This document shows, one piece after another, positions 46,801 to 58,636 of a stretch of 64,000 nucleotides of DNA. The DNA is from Patescibacteria group bacterium UBA4787 (GTDB lineage Bacteria > Patescibacteriota > Patescibacteriia > UBA2591 > UBA4787). The stretch spans positions 155,670-219,669 of the forward strand of contig DHGX01000004.1 in NCBI GenBank assembly GCA_002402995.1, written 5' to 3'. Within the stretch, counting starts at the first letter, position 1; each line of letters starts with the position of its first letter. The position numbers and the translations under genes were made by a program. The notes under the pieces were generated by a model. It saw only the letters and a program-made list of their open reading frames with translations, made no database searches and was not told the origin of the DNA.

Positions 46801-47099
46801 TGGTAGCGCATAGGAGAATCGAACTCCTGTTTGGTGGTTGACCCAGTATAACAATTTATATATACCGCCACAGGGAATCGGACCCTGATTACATGGCTGA
46901 GAACCATGCGTCCTAACCATTAGACGATGGCGGCCAAAACCTATAAATTGTATACGGGGCAAGGAACCGCCCCTGGCCCGTAGTGAAACGAAGTTTCTAC
47001 CACTGGGCCGTCCTAGTTCACCCCGCTAAATAATTTTGTAGTAAAACTGTACAAATAATATCGCATAAAATTTAACGGGGCAAGCTAAACGAACGCGCC
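46801..47099 (-). pseudogene. tRNA-Glu gene split by three hairpin insertions (host of a nested tRNA)
   Basis: Removing 47021-47084, 46972-47008 and 46842-46963 leaves GGCGCGT TC GTTT AGTGAACTA GGAC G GGCGG TTCTCAA CCACC AAAC AGGAG TTCGATT CTCCT ATGCGCT A CCA (76 nt). Confidence 0.8.
46863..46934 (-). tRNA. tRNA-Glu(CTC), intact, nested inside an inverted-repeat element
   Basis: GCCGCCA/TGGCGGT acceptor, CATGG-TTCTCAG-CCATG anticodon arm, CAGGG-TCCGATT-CCCTG T arm. Confidence 0.92.
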
Positions 47100-47195
47100 A
47101 TAAATTTGGCGAGATAAATCATAGATGATAGGACCGAAATTAATATCAATTATTGTATCATTTTAGAGCCAAACAAGCAATATATTTTTCCGTTC

Positions 47196-47224
47196 AAAAA
47201 GAGAGGCAAAATTACCTCTCTTTT
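47196..47224 (-). terminator. groEL terminator
   Basis: AAAAAGAGAGG-caaaatta-CCTCTCTTTT. Confidence 0.75.
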
Positions 47225-47279
47225 GTGTAATATGTAATTTTCTCGCCTCGATTCTCGTTGGCGAAGCGGGTTTCAATGA

Positions 47280-49260
<1,981 letters not shown>

Positions 49261-49310
49261 AATTTTTATAAATTATCTCGCCTCGCTGTAAATTTGGCGA
49301 AACGGATTAG

Positions 49311-49337
49311 TTAGCACCCTGAACATTCAAGTGCTAA
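49311..49337. promoter_or_regulatory. CIRCE (HrcA operator)
   Basis: TTAGCACCC-N9-AAGTGCTAA upstream of groES, versus consensus TTAGCACTC-N9-GAGTGCTAA. Confidence 0.88.
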
Positions 49338-49459
49338 TTATAACAACTGTGGATAACTAGCGCAAGAACGAATTTTCCACAGGAAGCAATTTTCCACAAC
49401 AATATTGACAAGCTTGTTGTGGAGTATATAATACTAATCTAACGATATTTTTATTATCT

Positions 49460-49681
49460 ATGTTTGAATATTTAGATATTATCCAAGTTGTCATCTCTGT
49501 CCTGTTGGTTGTAGGGATTTTATTGCAAAACCGCGGTAGCGGACTTTCTTCAGCGTTTGGCGGTAGCGGAGAATTCTTCCAAACAAAGCGCGGCATTGAA
49601 AAAGGAATCTTTATTGCTACTATAGTTTTAGCTGTTATTTTTCTGGGGCTAGGCCTCCTGCGCCTAATTTTGGCGCGTTAA
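49460..49681 (+). CDS. secG: Preprotein translocase subunit SecG
   Basis: ILLQNRGSGLSSAFGGSG...RGIEK, two TMs. Confidence 0.93.
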   Translation: MFEYLDIIQVVISVLLVVGILLQNRGSGLSSAFGGSGEFFQTKRGIEKGIFIATIVLAVIFLGLGLLRLILAR

Positions 49682-49736
49682 AAACCGGCTAGATTGAACA
49701 CATAATTTAGAATTTTATATATTTTTCATTAAGTGA

Positions 49737-51554
49737 ATGCTATTAATGTTTAAAAAAATAGCGAATTTCTTGCGAATTATTTTTGATGTCTTAAAAAAAC
49801 ATCGGCAAAAAAAAGATAATTCATCGACCGATTATCAAATTATTAAAAATCTTTCTCTGCGAAAATGGCCAAATATCCACCAAGCAAGATATTTGCCTAA
49901 TTTTTTAAATAAAAAAGAAAAGAAAGAAATCCTGATTTGGAGTTGCCTGATTGTTGTTTTAATATTAACCCTACTCGTCCGATTATATTCAAAAAATTTC
50001 GTTACTCAGCCCGCCTCAGGAGGAACCTATGCCGAAGGAATAATCGGACAACCCACCTATATTAATCCCCTTTTCGCCAAATCTATTGATATTGATTATG
50101 ACATCGCGAGAATAATTTTTTCGGGCCTTTTAACGACCAACAAAAGTTTGGAGCTCAAAGATGATTTAGCAGAAAAACACGAGATCAGCGAAGATCATAG
50201 AACCTATAAATTTATCTTGCGCGATAATATTTTCTGGCACGACGGACAACCGCTAACTGTTGATGATGTAATTTTTACTTATCAAGCTATTAAAAACAAA
50301 CAATTATCCAGTCCTTATTATAATAATTTAAAAAATGTTTCTGTAAAAAAACTTGATTCTAAGGCGGTGGAATTTTCTTCCGATCAAGCCTCAAATCTAT
50401 CCCTTAATTATTTCGCTATTGGCATTATTCCCGAACACATCTGGAAAAACATACCGAAAGATAAATATCTTCAAACAGACTACAATCTTAAACCTGTTGG
50501 TAGCGGCCCCTATAAATTTAGGCTATTAACCAAAGATAGTGACGGGATGATAACTTCTTATGCTTTGGAACGAAATGAAAAATTCTATTTAAAAGCTCCT
50601 TATCTTGGCAAAATTAATTTTTTATTTTTTAAAAACTACGACGAAGCAGTGGCCGCCATCAGAGCCAAAAAGATTGATGGGTTAAATTATTCGCCCAAAA
50701 ATCTTGAAGAAAAAACGGTTAATCTTTCATTTTTGAACGCTTATCCTTTGCAAATACCATACTATACCGCGCTATTTTTAAATCCCCGCGCCAACAATTT
50801 TTTGGACTCAAAAACCATTAGGAAAATTCTGGCGTATAATACACCCAAGCAAAACATCGTAGAAGAAGTATTAAATAACAAAGGGCAAATTATAGACGGC
50901 CCCATTCTTCCCGGATCATTCGGCTTCAAAGAAGATATCATAAAATACCCGTACGATCCGACTAAAGCAGAAGCGGTTTTAAAAAACGCGGGATATGTTA
51001 AGAACGGAGATGGATTTTGGGAAAAAGACGGGAAGGCTCTGGAGATAAGTATAACCACCGCCCAGCAACCGGATTTGCAAAAAACCGCCAATATTATTCA
51101 AGGCGCTTGGCAGAATTTCGGGGTCAAAACGAAAGTCATCAGCATGCCCATCGATCTTATACAGAAGGAAATTATTAAGCCGAGGAATTATCAAATCTTA
51201 CTTTACGGAATCATCACTGGTTTTCATCAAGACCCTTATAACATTTGGCATTCGTCTCAAGTAAGCGATCCCGGTATAAATCTCAGCGTTTTCTCCAATA
51301 AAAGAGTTGATGAATTACTAGAAAAAGCGCGCACTTATCCGCTTGAAGACATCAAAAAGAAAAAATATTTCGAATTCCAAGATGTTATTGCCGAAGAAGT
51401 TCCAGCTATATTTTTGTATAACAGCCCTTATACCTATCTTATCAATAATAAAATTAAAGGATTCGCCGCGGAAAAAATTAACGTGCCGGCCGATCGATTC
51501 AATAATATCACCGAATGGTATATTAAAACTAAAAAAGTACACAAAAATCAATAA
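49737..51554 (+). CDS. Peptide ABC transporter substrate-binding protein (family 5)
   Basis: GGTYAEG, DLAE, WHDGQPLTVDDVIFT, PVGSGPYKF. Confidence 0.9.
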   Translation: MLLMFKKIANFLRIIFDVLKKHRQKKDNSSTDYQIIKNLSLRKWPNIHQARYLPNFLNKKEKKEILIWSCLIVVLILTLLVRLYSKNFVTQPASGGTYAEGIIGQPTYINPLFAKSIDIDYDIARIIFSGLLTTNKSLELKDDLAEKHEISEDHRTYKFILRDNIFWHDGQPLTVDDVIFTYQAIKNKQLSSPYYNNLKNVSVKKLDSKAVEFSSDQASNLSLNYFAIGIIPEHIWKNIPKDKYLQTDYNLKPVGSGPYKFRLLTKDSDGMITSYALERNEKFYLKAPYLGKINFLFFKNYDEAVAAIRAKKIDGLNYSPKNLEEKTVNLSFLNAYPLQIPYYTALFLNPRANNFLDSKTIRKILAYNTPKQNIVEEVLNNKGQIIDGPILPGSFGFKEDIIKYPYDPTKAEAVLKNAGYVKNGDGFWEKDGKALEISITTAQQPDLQKTANIIQGAWQNFGVKTKVISMPIDLIQKEIIKPRNYQILLYGIITGFHQDPYNIWHSSQVSDPGINLSVFSNKRVDELLEKARTYPLEDIKKKKYFEFQDVIAEEVPAIFLYNSPYTYLINNKIKGFAAEKINVPADRFNNITEWYIKTKKVHKNQ

Positions 51555-51563
51555 TGTTAATTC

Positions 51564-51647
51564 GGGCGAGTGGCGGAACTGGTAGACGCGCTAGCTTCAG
51601 GAGCTAGCAGGAGTAATCCTGTGGAGGTTCGAGTCCTCTCTCGCCCA
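51564..51647 (+). tRNA. tRNA-Leu(CAG)
   Basis: GGGCGAG acceptor, CTAGC-TTCAGGA-GCTAG, long variable arm, GGTTCGAGTCC. Confidence 0.95.
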
Positions 51648-51675
51648 CTTAAAAAATTATTTAAATGTAATTCAA

Positions 51676-53373
51676 ATGGGACATCATCACAAAAAACACC
51701 ACAAAAACACCTTAAAAATTATTTCTTTGGGCGGTTATGAAGAAATCGGAAAAAATTGCACCGCCATAGAGTATAATTCCGATTTAATCATAGTTGACAT
51801 GGGAATACAATTTCCCACCGACGAAATGCCCGGCATCGACTATGTTATTCCCGACATCAATTACATAAAACAGAATCTCGAAAAACTGAAAGGCGTTATT
51901 ATTACGCACGGACATCTTGATCATATTGGCGCCATACCCTATCTCGCGCCAGAGTTGAAAATGCCGACGATTTATAGCATGCCTCTGACCCTGGGCCTTA
52001 TCCACGAACGTTTGGAAGAATTTAATATGGCTAAATCAATGAAACTCAAAACCATTGTGCCGGAAAAATCCTTTAGACTCGGAAAATTTTTTACGATAAC
52101 GCCATTTTTTGTTAACCATAACATCCCAGACAGCGTGGGTTTTTTTATAGAAACACCTATGGGCAACATTGTTCATACTGGTGATTTTAAAATCGATCAA
52201 ACGCCAATTGACCAGCCAGTTATTGATTTGTCAAATATCGGGCAGTATGGCAGACGCGGCATCTTGGCCTTATTGTCAGACAGCACCAATGCTTCTATTC
52301 CGGGCAATACGATGTCTGAAAGAGAAGTTTTCATGAATATTGATAAAAAATTTGCAGAAATTAAAGGACGAATTATTTTCACAAGTTTTTCTACGTTGAT
52401 TTCACGCACTCAAGAAGTAATCTATGTCTGCGCTAAATATAATAAGAAATTAGCCATTTCCGGCTTCTCATTAGAAAAATGCATGAATGTAGCAGCTAAC
52501 CTAAAAAAGCTAACTATCCCTAATAATATTTTAATTAAATTAGAAAATATTAAGAAATATTCAGACAACCAGGTAGTTATCTTGGCTAGCGGCACCCAAG
52601 GAGAAGAACGTTCAGCTCTTTCCAGGATGTCGCGCGGCAAACATCGCGGCGTAAAAATTAAGCGCGGCGACACGGTCATTTTCTCCTCCTCCCCTATCCC
52701 TGGCAACGAGAGCGCCATTCATAAAGTTATGAATAATTTAATTGATCGGGGCGCAAAAGTTATTTACGAACCACTTTTTGGTATGCATACTTCCGGCCAC
52801 GCCAATCAAGATGATTTACGGACTATTATTAATCTTCTTAGACCAAAATATTTCATTCCCGCTCACGGCGAACATTATATGCAAGCCGCTCACATTGAAA
52901 TTGCCGAAAGCTGCGGCATATCGCGGGACAATTGTTTTATGCTCAAGAATGGCAATGTGATAGAATTTAGCGAAGTCGGCGATGGCAAATTAAGCCCTCA
53001 ACAAATTAATTATGAAAATATTATGGTTGACGGTTTGGGCGTGGGCGATGTTAAAAATGTAGTTTTGCGCGATCGTCAAACGATGTCCGAAGCCGGAGTT
53101 TTCGTAGTTATTATCACTGTTGATAAAAATAAAAAAAGAATTATCAACACCGACATCATTTCTCGCGGCTTTGTCTTTATGAAAGAATCGGAAAAACTCA
53201 TTAAAAAAACCAGAGAAGAGGCCGATAAAATTGCCAGAACCTATATACAGGGGCGCGGAAAAAAGATTGACTGGTCTCCATTAAATAATAGAATAAAAGA
53301 TAATATCGGCGAACTCTTATATGCGGAGACTGAACGCCGACCGATGATCCTACCTTTGATTATTGAAATATAA
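51676..53373 (+). CDS. rnj: Ribonuclease J
   Basis: LGGYEEIGKN, THGHLDHIG, HTGDFK, HTSGHA, PAHGE, RRPMILP. Confidence 0.96.
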   Translation: MGHHHKKHHKNTLKIISLGGYEEIGKNCTAIEYNSDLIIVDMGIQFPTDEMPGIDYVIPDINYIKQNLEKLKGVIITHGHLDHIGAIPYLAPELKMPTIYSMPLTLGLIHERLEEFNMAKSMKLKTIVPEKSFRLGKFFTITPFFVNHNIPDSVGFFIETPMGNIVHTGDFKIDQTPIDQPVIDLSNIGQYGRRGILALLSDSTNASIPGNTMSEREVFMNIDKKFAEIKGRIIFTSFSTLISRTQEVIYVCAKYNKKLAISGFSLEKCMNVAANLKKLTIPNNILIKLENIKKYSDNQVVILASGTQGEERSALSRMSRGKHRGVKIKRGDTVIFSSSPIPGNESAIHKVMNNLIDRGAKVIYEPLFGMHTSGHANQDDLRTIINLLRPKYFIPAHGEHYMQAAHIEIAESCGISRDNCFMLKNGNVIEFSEVGDGKLSPQQINYENIMVDGLGVGDVKNVVLRDRQTMSEAGVFVVIITVDKNKKRIINTDIISRGFVFMKESEKLIKKTREEADKIARTYIQGRGKKIDWSPLNNRIKDNIGELLYAETERRPMILPLIIEI

Positions 53374-53384
53374 AATAAAAAAAT

Positions 53385-54383
53385 ATGAAAAGATTAATAA
53401 GCGGCGTCCAACCAACAGGCGGAATACATATCGGCAATTATCTAGGCGCCATTAAAAACTGGGTGAAATTACAAGAAAAATACGAGTCGTTTTTTTTTAT
53501 CGCCGACTATCACGCTTTAACCGTTAAACAAGACCTTGAAACTTTTCCTGAAAAAATTCTTAACACCGCCATTAATATTATAGCTTGCGGAATTAATCCC
53601 GACAAATCTCCTTTATTTGTTCAATCCCATATTTTAGAACATGTAAACTTGGGATGGATTTTTAATACAATTACGCCCATAGGAGAATTAAATCGCATGA
53701 CTCAGTATAAAGATAAATCAAAACAGTATTCGGAAAATATTAATGTCGGTCTTTTCACCTATCCAACCTTAATGGCTGCCGACATACTCATTTATAACGC
53801 AGACGTGGTGCCGGTTGGCGAAGACCAATTTCAACATTTAGAATTAACCAGAACAATTGCCCGTAAATTCAATTCTGTTTATAAGTCTGGTTTCTTTAAG
53901 GAACCCGAAGCTATTGCCGCAGCCGGAGCGCGGATTATGAGCTTAACCGATCCGTCAAAAAAAATGAGCAAATCTGGCGGCGTTAACGGCTATATCGCCT
54001 TAACCGACAGCGAAGAAGTTATTTGGCAAAAAGTTTCTAAAGCCGTAACAGATCCGAATCGCCAGAGAAAAACCGATAAAGGCAATCCTCAAAAATGTAA
54101 TCTTTTCTCTTTGCACCAACTATTCTCTTCTCTCGAAGAAATAGAATATGTTGATAAGGGCTGTCGTAACGCCGGCATCGGCTGCCTGGAATGCAAAAAA
54201 ATATTAGCCGACAATATCAACGAAGAAATCGCGCCGATTCGCGAAAAAATTTCCTATTGGCAAAAACCCGAAAACAAAAAAAAGATTATTGAGATACTAA
54301 AACAAGGCGCGGATCGCGTACGGCCGATTGCCCAAGAAAACCTAAAAAAAATAAAACAGATTGTCGGACTTATAGAAATGTAA
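53385..54383 (+). CDS. trpS: Tryptophan--tRNA ligase
   Basis: SGVQPTG, HIGNYLG, YPTLMAADIL, VPVGEDQ, KMSKS. Confidence 0.97.
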   Translation: MKRLISGVQPTGGIHIGNYLGAIKNWVKLQEKYESFFFIADYHALTVKQDLETFPEKILNTAINIIACGINPDKSPLFVQSHILEHVNLGWIFNTITPIGELNRMTQYKDKSKQYSENINVGLFTYPTLMAADILIYNADVVPVGEDQFQHLELTRTIARKFNSVYKSGFFKEPEAIAAAGARIMSLTDPSKKMSKSGGVNGYIALTDSEEVIWQKVSKAVTDPNRQRKTDKGNPQKCNLFSLHQLFSSLEEIEYVDKGCRNAGIGCLECKKILADNINEEIAPIREKISYWQKPENKKKIIEILKQGADRVRPIAQENLKKIKQIVGLIEM

Positions 54384-54404
54384 TTTTTTTACACACAAAT
54401 ATAT

Positions 54405-54436
54405 AAAAATCGCCCTTTAAACGGGGTGATTTTTTT
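54405..54436. terminator. Bidirectional terminator
   Basis: AAAAATCGCCCT...GGGGTGATTTTTT between convergent genes. Confidence 0.7.
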
Positions 54437-54456
54437 ATACGAGAATCTATGTAAGG

Positions 54457-56370
54457 TTACGGTTGCACTTTTCCTTTATTGTTGGCGATGGGATCAAAAC
54501 GTAAATTAGTGGTAAGGTGGTCGGTGGATACATTAAAATTCTGTTCGGTAAAACTGTCGTTTCCACTCAAGATTAAATTTTTGAGCAAATCCGCGTAACC
54601 ACCAACCTGATCAACCGTGGGCACTAAAGTTACGGAAAAAGAGATTTCTTTAGGTAAACGCTTGACGCCGTTATAAGGTTCGATTTTATCAATCTTATAA
54701 CTAACCTCTCTACTGCCTTGATTATAGAAGAAATTACTTTCCAATTGACCTTGATCCAATAGAGTTACATTCGCCGGTAAATTGGCTTTAAAATTAACAT
54801 TGTTTATTTCGCTGGAACCGTTCTGAATATAAATATATATTTTATAAGTAGTTTCTTCGCCTACTTTGGCCGGCAAAATACCACGCCCGATTTTAACCAT
54901 TTCGTCGCTGTAATATCTAGCTTCGCCTGTAAGACTTATCTGATTGCTGATTTTATAATCATAGGAAGGAGTATTAATAAAGAATTTCTCGTCAGAAGAA
55001 TTAAGACCGTTAATTTTTAATAAAAGACTCAGGGTGGGATTAATACTTTTTCTAATGGCAAAATCTTTGAAAGAACTTAATTTCATTTTAAAACTTATCT
55101 CCCCTTTCTCGCCGGCCGAAATTTTACTAAGTATAGGCAATTGATTTTTATCCCATTCTAAAATTTTATTCGAAGAAGTTCGCCAAACGGAAGAAACTAT
55201 CGCGCTATTTTCTTTGGTCAAATCTTTCCATGACCAATCTGATCGAGTTAAATAACGCCAATCAACGATATCGCCATTTTTAATTTCCAAATCTATTGTT
55301 AAATCTTTTAGGTATTGATCACTGTTATTTTCATAATGCAAAACAACCGGCAATTCTTGTTGCCAATCCAAAACAGGCGTATCGCTTTCTATTTTTAAAC
55401 TAGCCGACAAAAACGGCATAGTTAAATTAAGGTCAAATGTCATTTCTTGCTGGGCGAAAAATATCTGGCTATCTTTAAACAGACCGACGGTTATCTTCAA
55501 AGACCGATTCAGACTAGTAAAATCATCAAAATACGCGCTAAAACTCAAAGACAAAGGATCTCCCGCGCCCAAAATAGAAATATCGATGTATTTTTTTTGG
55601 CTTGCGTCTTGATTAAGACGATAGTTCGTATTGTCCGATTCGTTGAGAGAATCAACAATAAAATCTTTACCCCCATCAATATAAATTCTCACATTTTGTA
55701 TGGCGTCTTCGGTCAAATTTTCAATTTTTATTCCCCAATCGGCCTCTTGGCCGATAATTGCGTCCGACGGCGATAACATTTCAAAGTTGACGACGGACTC
55801 AACGTTAACTTCTTTCTCGGCATCCATAGCAAATTTTGACGTAAAATCCACCAAATAATAATCAAGCTTAGCTGATAATTTTTGTTTATTGATTATTGAG
55901 CTTTCTGTGAACCGCCCACCGAAAGAAATCTCTTTAATTTCGCCTTTTTTCAATTTAAAAATCGACCAATCGCAGCCGCTTGAAAGCCTGACGCTACATG
56001 GTTCAGAAAGACTGCTTTCGTCCAATTCAAAACTCTCTGGCCAATTCACGACAAGTTCAGCGCTTTTCAGGTCGGACTTTTCTTGATTGTTAATAATAAT
56101 CTTGAACTGATTGGACTCAAAGCTTTTAATCTTATTCGGCGAAATAATATTTATTGATATTTTTTTGTTTTGCCCGCCGACACCAGGAGCGTTATTGCCA
56201 AAATACACAAAACCAGCCAAAATCGCAACAGCCGAAAGAAAAAGTATAACAAAAAGAATAATCAAAAATCGCGGCCAAATTGGTTTATTGTATTTGACGA
56301 AATCTTTATAGTTATCGGTGGTTTTATTTTTATAATAACCCGCCAATTCCTCAAGTGAGGTTTTTTGCAT
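54457..56370 (-). CDS. Membrane-anchored extracellular protein with tandem Ig/DUF11-like beta domains
   Basis: One N-terminal TM; repeated I.I.N...L.N/D..I patterns. Confidence 0.7.
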   Translation of the reverse strand: MQKTSLEELAGYYKNKTTDNYKDFVKYNKPIWPRFLIILFVILFLSAVAILAGFVYFGNNAPGVGGQNKKISINIISPNKIKSFESNQFKIIINNQEKSDLKSAELVVNWPESFELDESSLSEPCSVRLSSGCDWSIFKLKKGEIKEISFGGRFTESSIINKQKLSAKLDYYLVDFTSKFAMDAEKEVNVESVVNFEMLSPSDAIIGQEADWGIKIENLTEDAIQNVRIYIDGGKDFIVDSLNESDNTNYRLNQDASQKKYIDISILGAGDPLSLSFSAYFDDFTSLNRSLKITVGLFKDSQIFFAQQEMTFDLNLTMPFLSASLKIESDTPVLDWQQELPVVLHYENNSDQYLKDLTIDLEIKNGDIVDWRYLTRSDWSWKDLTKENSAIVSSVWRTSSNKILEWDKNQLPILSKISAGEKGEISFKMKLSSFKDFAIRKSINPTLSLLLKINGLNSSDEKFFINTPSYDYKISNQISLTGEARYYSDEMVKIGRGILPAKVGEETTYKIYIYIQNGSSEINNVNFKANLPANVTLLDQGQLESNFFYNQGSREVSYKIDKIEPYNGVKRLPKEISFSVTLVPTVDQVGGYADLLKNLILSGNDSFTEQNFNVSTDHLTTNLRFDPIANNKGKVQP

Positions 56371-56428
56371 ATAAATATTATTTCTTTTTTTCCGTTACCT
56401 CTATATTGTTTAATCTTTGTAGTTTCTT

Positions 56429-56512
56429 TATACTTGCTTCGCTTCGTGAAATCGGCTCGCTACGGAATCAGACAAAAATTCTTTTTGCCTGTTCCTCCGC
56501 TCAACAATTATA
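56429..56512 (-). repeat. Family A repeat without secondary insert
   Basis: Reverse complement TATAATTGTTGAGCGGAGGAACAGGC...GTCTGATTCCGTAGCGAGCCGATTTCACGAAGCGAAGCAAGTATA. Confidence 0.85.
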
Positions 56513-56514
56513 AA

Positions 56515-56592
56515 GGGCATTAACCCTGTGTTATCCGCGCTCGCTCGGAAGGACAAGCGAGCTTGTCTTTCTCTCGCTCGCTTGATAATAAA
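56515..56592 (-). repeat. Family B repeat supplying the C-terminus and stop of the GT4 gene
   Basis: GGGCATTAACCCTGTGTTATCCGCGCTCGCTCGGA...CTCGCTCGCTTGATAATAA; encodes YYQASERKTSSLVLPSERG*. Confidence 0.8.
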
Positions 56593-57769
56593 ATTTAATG
56601 GTTTCCTTTGCCGTATCTTCCCAACTAAATTCTTTAGCTCTTTCTCGACCAGATTTGCTTAAGTCGTGCCATAGATGCGTATCGGTCAAAAGATCTGACA
56701 TGGCTTGGGCAATCTCGGAAACATTAAAGGGGTCAACTAAAATAGCGTGCCCCCTGGCTATTTCCGGCATTGAAGAAATATTACTGGTTATCACCGGCAC
56801 GCCATTAGCCATAGCTTCTAAAATTGGCAGGCCGAAACCCTCGTAAAGACTGGGAAAAATAAAAAATTTGGCGCCCTGAAATAAAGGGTCCAAATCTTCC
56901 GGATCTATATAGCCTGGAAGCAAAATATCGTCTTTATATTTTGAATCATTGATCCTTTCAAAAATTTGATCATATTGGTTGCCCGGCTTGCCGGCTAAAA
57001 CTAATTGGTATTTAGACAATAAATGATTAATGCTTGACTGTTCTTCGGCTTGAGAGGCTTGTGGCAGTTCAATTAATTTATCTCTTAATCTTTCGTAAGA
57101 TTCTACGATACGAAAAACATTTTTCCGGCTATCTATTGTTCCTAAAAACAAAACGTAGTTCGCGCCAATACCTAACCTGGTTTTAACTTTTTCAATTTCT
57201 CCTGAGGGTACTTGCCTAAAAAACCTCTTGTCTACTCCATGATAAATTAATTTTATATTCTCGCTTTTTACTGAAAAAATATCCTGAATGTCTTTTTTCG
57301 TTGATTGAGAAACGGTTATTATTTTTTCGGCCTGTTTAACCGCGGAAGAGGTATTTGAATACAACATTTTCCGCTCTTTTTCGGAATAGAGCTCCGGAAA
57401 CTTATAAACCGCTAGATCGTGAATCGTAATTATTGAAGGATAACTATAAGAGCTTGGCAAATCGGCTGTCGGCGAATGGAAAACGTCAAGTTTTTCTTTG
57501 GCTAAAAGAGCGCTAGCCAAAAAATTAGAATAAGATTGAGGCAAGAATTTCCTATATTGGACGAATGGGAAAAATTTAATTTCTACATTATCTTCCTCGA
57601 ATTTTGATAAACGCCTATTAGCTACCCCTCGATCAAAGAATAAAACATAAAAATTATCTTTATCAACTTCAAGTAAATGCCTTACTAATTGATAAGTATA
57701 ATGCCCCACTCCGGCCGCTTCCCCTTTCTCGGGATTTAAAATTGTACGACAGTCAATTCCTATTTTCAT
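56531..57769 (-). CDS. GT4 glycosyltransferase
   Basis: MKIGIDCR, TIHDL, FLGTIDSRKN, PSLYEGFGLPILEAM; start moved to ATG 57769 because the extension is repeat DNA. Confidence 0.92.
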   Translation of the reverse strand: MKIGIDCRTILNPEKGEAAGVGHYTYQLVRHLLEVDKDNFYVLFFDRGVANRRLSKFEEDNVEIKFFPFVQYRKFLPQSYSNFLASALLAKEKLDVFHSPTADLPSSYSYPSIITIHDLAVYKFPELYSEKERKMLYSNTSSAVKQAEKIITVSQSTKKDIQDIFSVKSENIKLIYHGVDKRFFRQVPSGEIEKVKTRLGIGANYVLFLGTIDSRKNVFRIVESYERLRDKLIELPQASQAEEQSSINHLLSKYQLVLAGKPGNQYDQIFERINDSKYKDDILLPGYIDPEDLDPLFQGAKFFIFPSLYEGFGLPILEAMANGVPVITSNISSMPEIARGHAILVDPFNVSEIAQAMSDLLTDTHLWHDLSKSGRERAKEFSWEDTAKETIKFYYQASERKTSSLVLPSERG

Positions 57770-57780
57770 AATGTATTTAT

Positions 57781-58080
57781 TATACTCGCTACGCTCGTAA
57801 AATTGGTTCGCCCCGCTTCGCCGGAGCTCTCGCCACGCTAACGCGTTGGCGTAGCGGGTTAGCGAGGCGAGTCGGAGCCAAATCAAAAGAAGATTTTTGT
57901 TTGACGTCCTCGCTCATTCATTATAAGCAAAGCTTGAAATTTCTTCGCTCGGAGTCAAATCAAAAGAAGACTTTTGTTTGACGTCCTCGCTCATTCATTA
58001 TAAGCAAAGCTTGAAATTTCTTCGCTCGGAGTCAAATCAAAAGAAGACTTTTGTTTGACGTCCTCGCTCATTCATTATAA
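57781..58080 (-). repeat. Family A repeat with a nested insert (57812-57871) followed by a 77-bp tandem amplification
   Basis: TCGGAG at 57872, 57949 and 58026 (period 77); about 2.7 near-identical units. Confidence 0.9.
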
Positions 58081-58184
58081 CAAAAATTAATAAAATTTCA
58101 ATCGACTGTGGATAATCAAAAAACCTAAATTGTAGACCGAAAGGGGTTTACAAAATAACTATTTTTTGCTATAGTTTAATAACT

Positions 58185-58634
58185 ATGCCGATTGAAACGA
58201 CCAACAAAAAAGCCTTTTTTGATTATCAAATACTTGAAAAATATGAAACGGGCATAGTTTTGACTGGTCCGGAAGTTCGTTCTATTAAAGAGGGCGGCGT
58301 CAGTTTAGCCGGGGCTTACGTCGTCATCGACGAAAAACTGAATCCTTTGTTGATTAACGCCCATATATCCCCTTATAAATATGCCGCGAATCAGATCAAG
58401 TACGACGCCGTTCGCTCCCGCAAACTGCTTTTGAAGAAAAAAGAATTGAATTATCTTCTAGGAAAAACAAGAGTAAAAGGCTTGACATTGATACCTCTTA
58501 AAATATATACTAAGGGTGGTTTGATAAAAATAGAGATTGGTTTGGCAAAACACAAACGATCGATAGATAAGCGAGAAATCGTCAAAAAAAGAGAATTAGA
58601 CCGGGTCATCAAACAGAGTTTTAAAAGTTATTAG
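58185..58634 (+). CDS. smpB: SsrA-binding protein
   Basis: NKKAFFDY, ETGIVLTGPEVRSI, AHISPY, RKLLL, DKRE. Confidence 0.97.
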   Translation: MPIETTNKKAFFDYQILEKYETGIVLTGPEVRSIKEGGVSLAGAYVVIDEKLNPLLINAHISPYKYAANQIKYDAVRSRKLLLKKKELNYLLGKTRVKGLTLIPLKIYTKGGLIKIEIGLAKHKRSIDKREIVKKRELDRVIKQSFKSY

Positions 58635-58636
58635 AT

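Noticed and set aside
46842-46963. Group I intron in the tRNA anticodon loop
   Set aside because: Only about 50 nt remain besides the nested tRNA, and they form a simple inverted repeat with no room for a catalytic core
57872-58080. CRISPR array
   Set aside because: The 77-bp units are near-identical throughout with no unique spacers, no cas genes are nearby, and the unit is a Family A fragment
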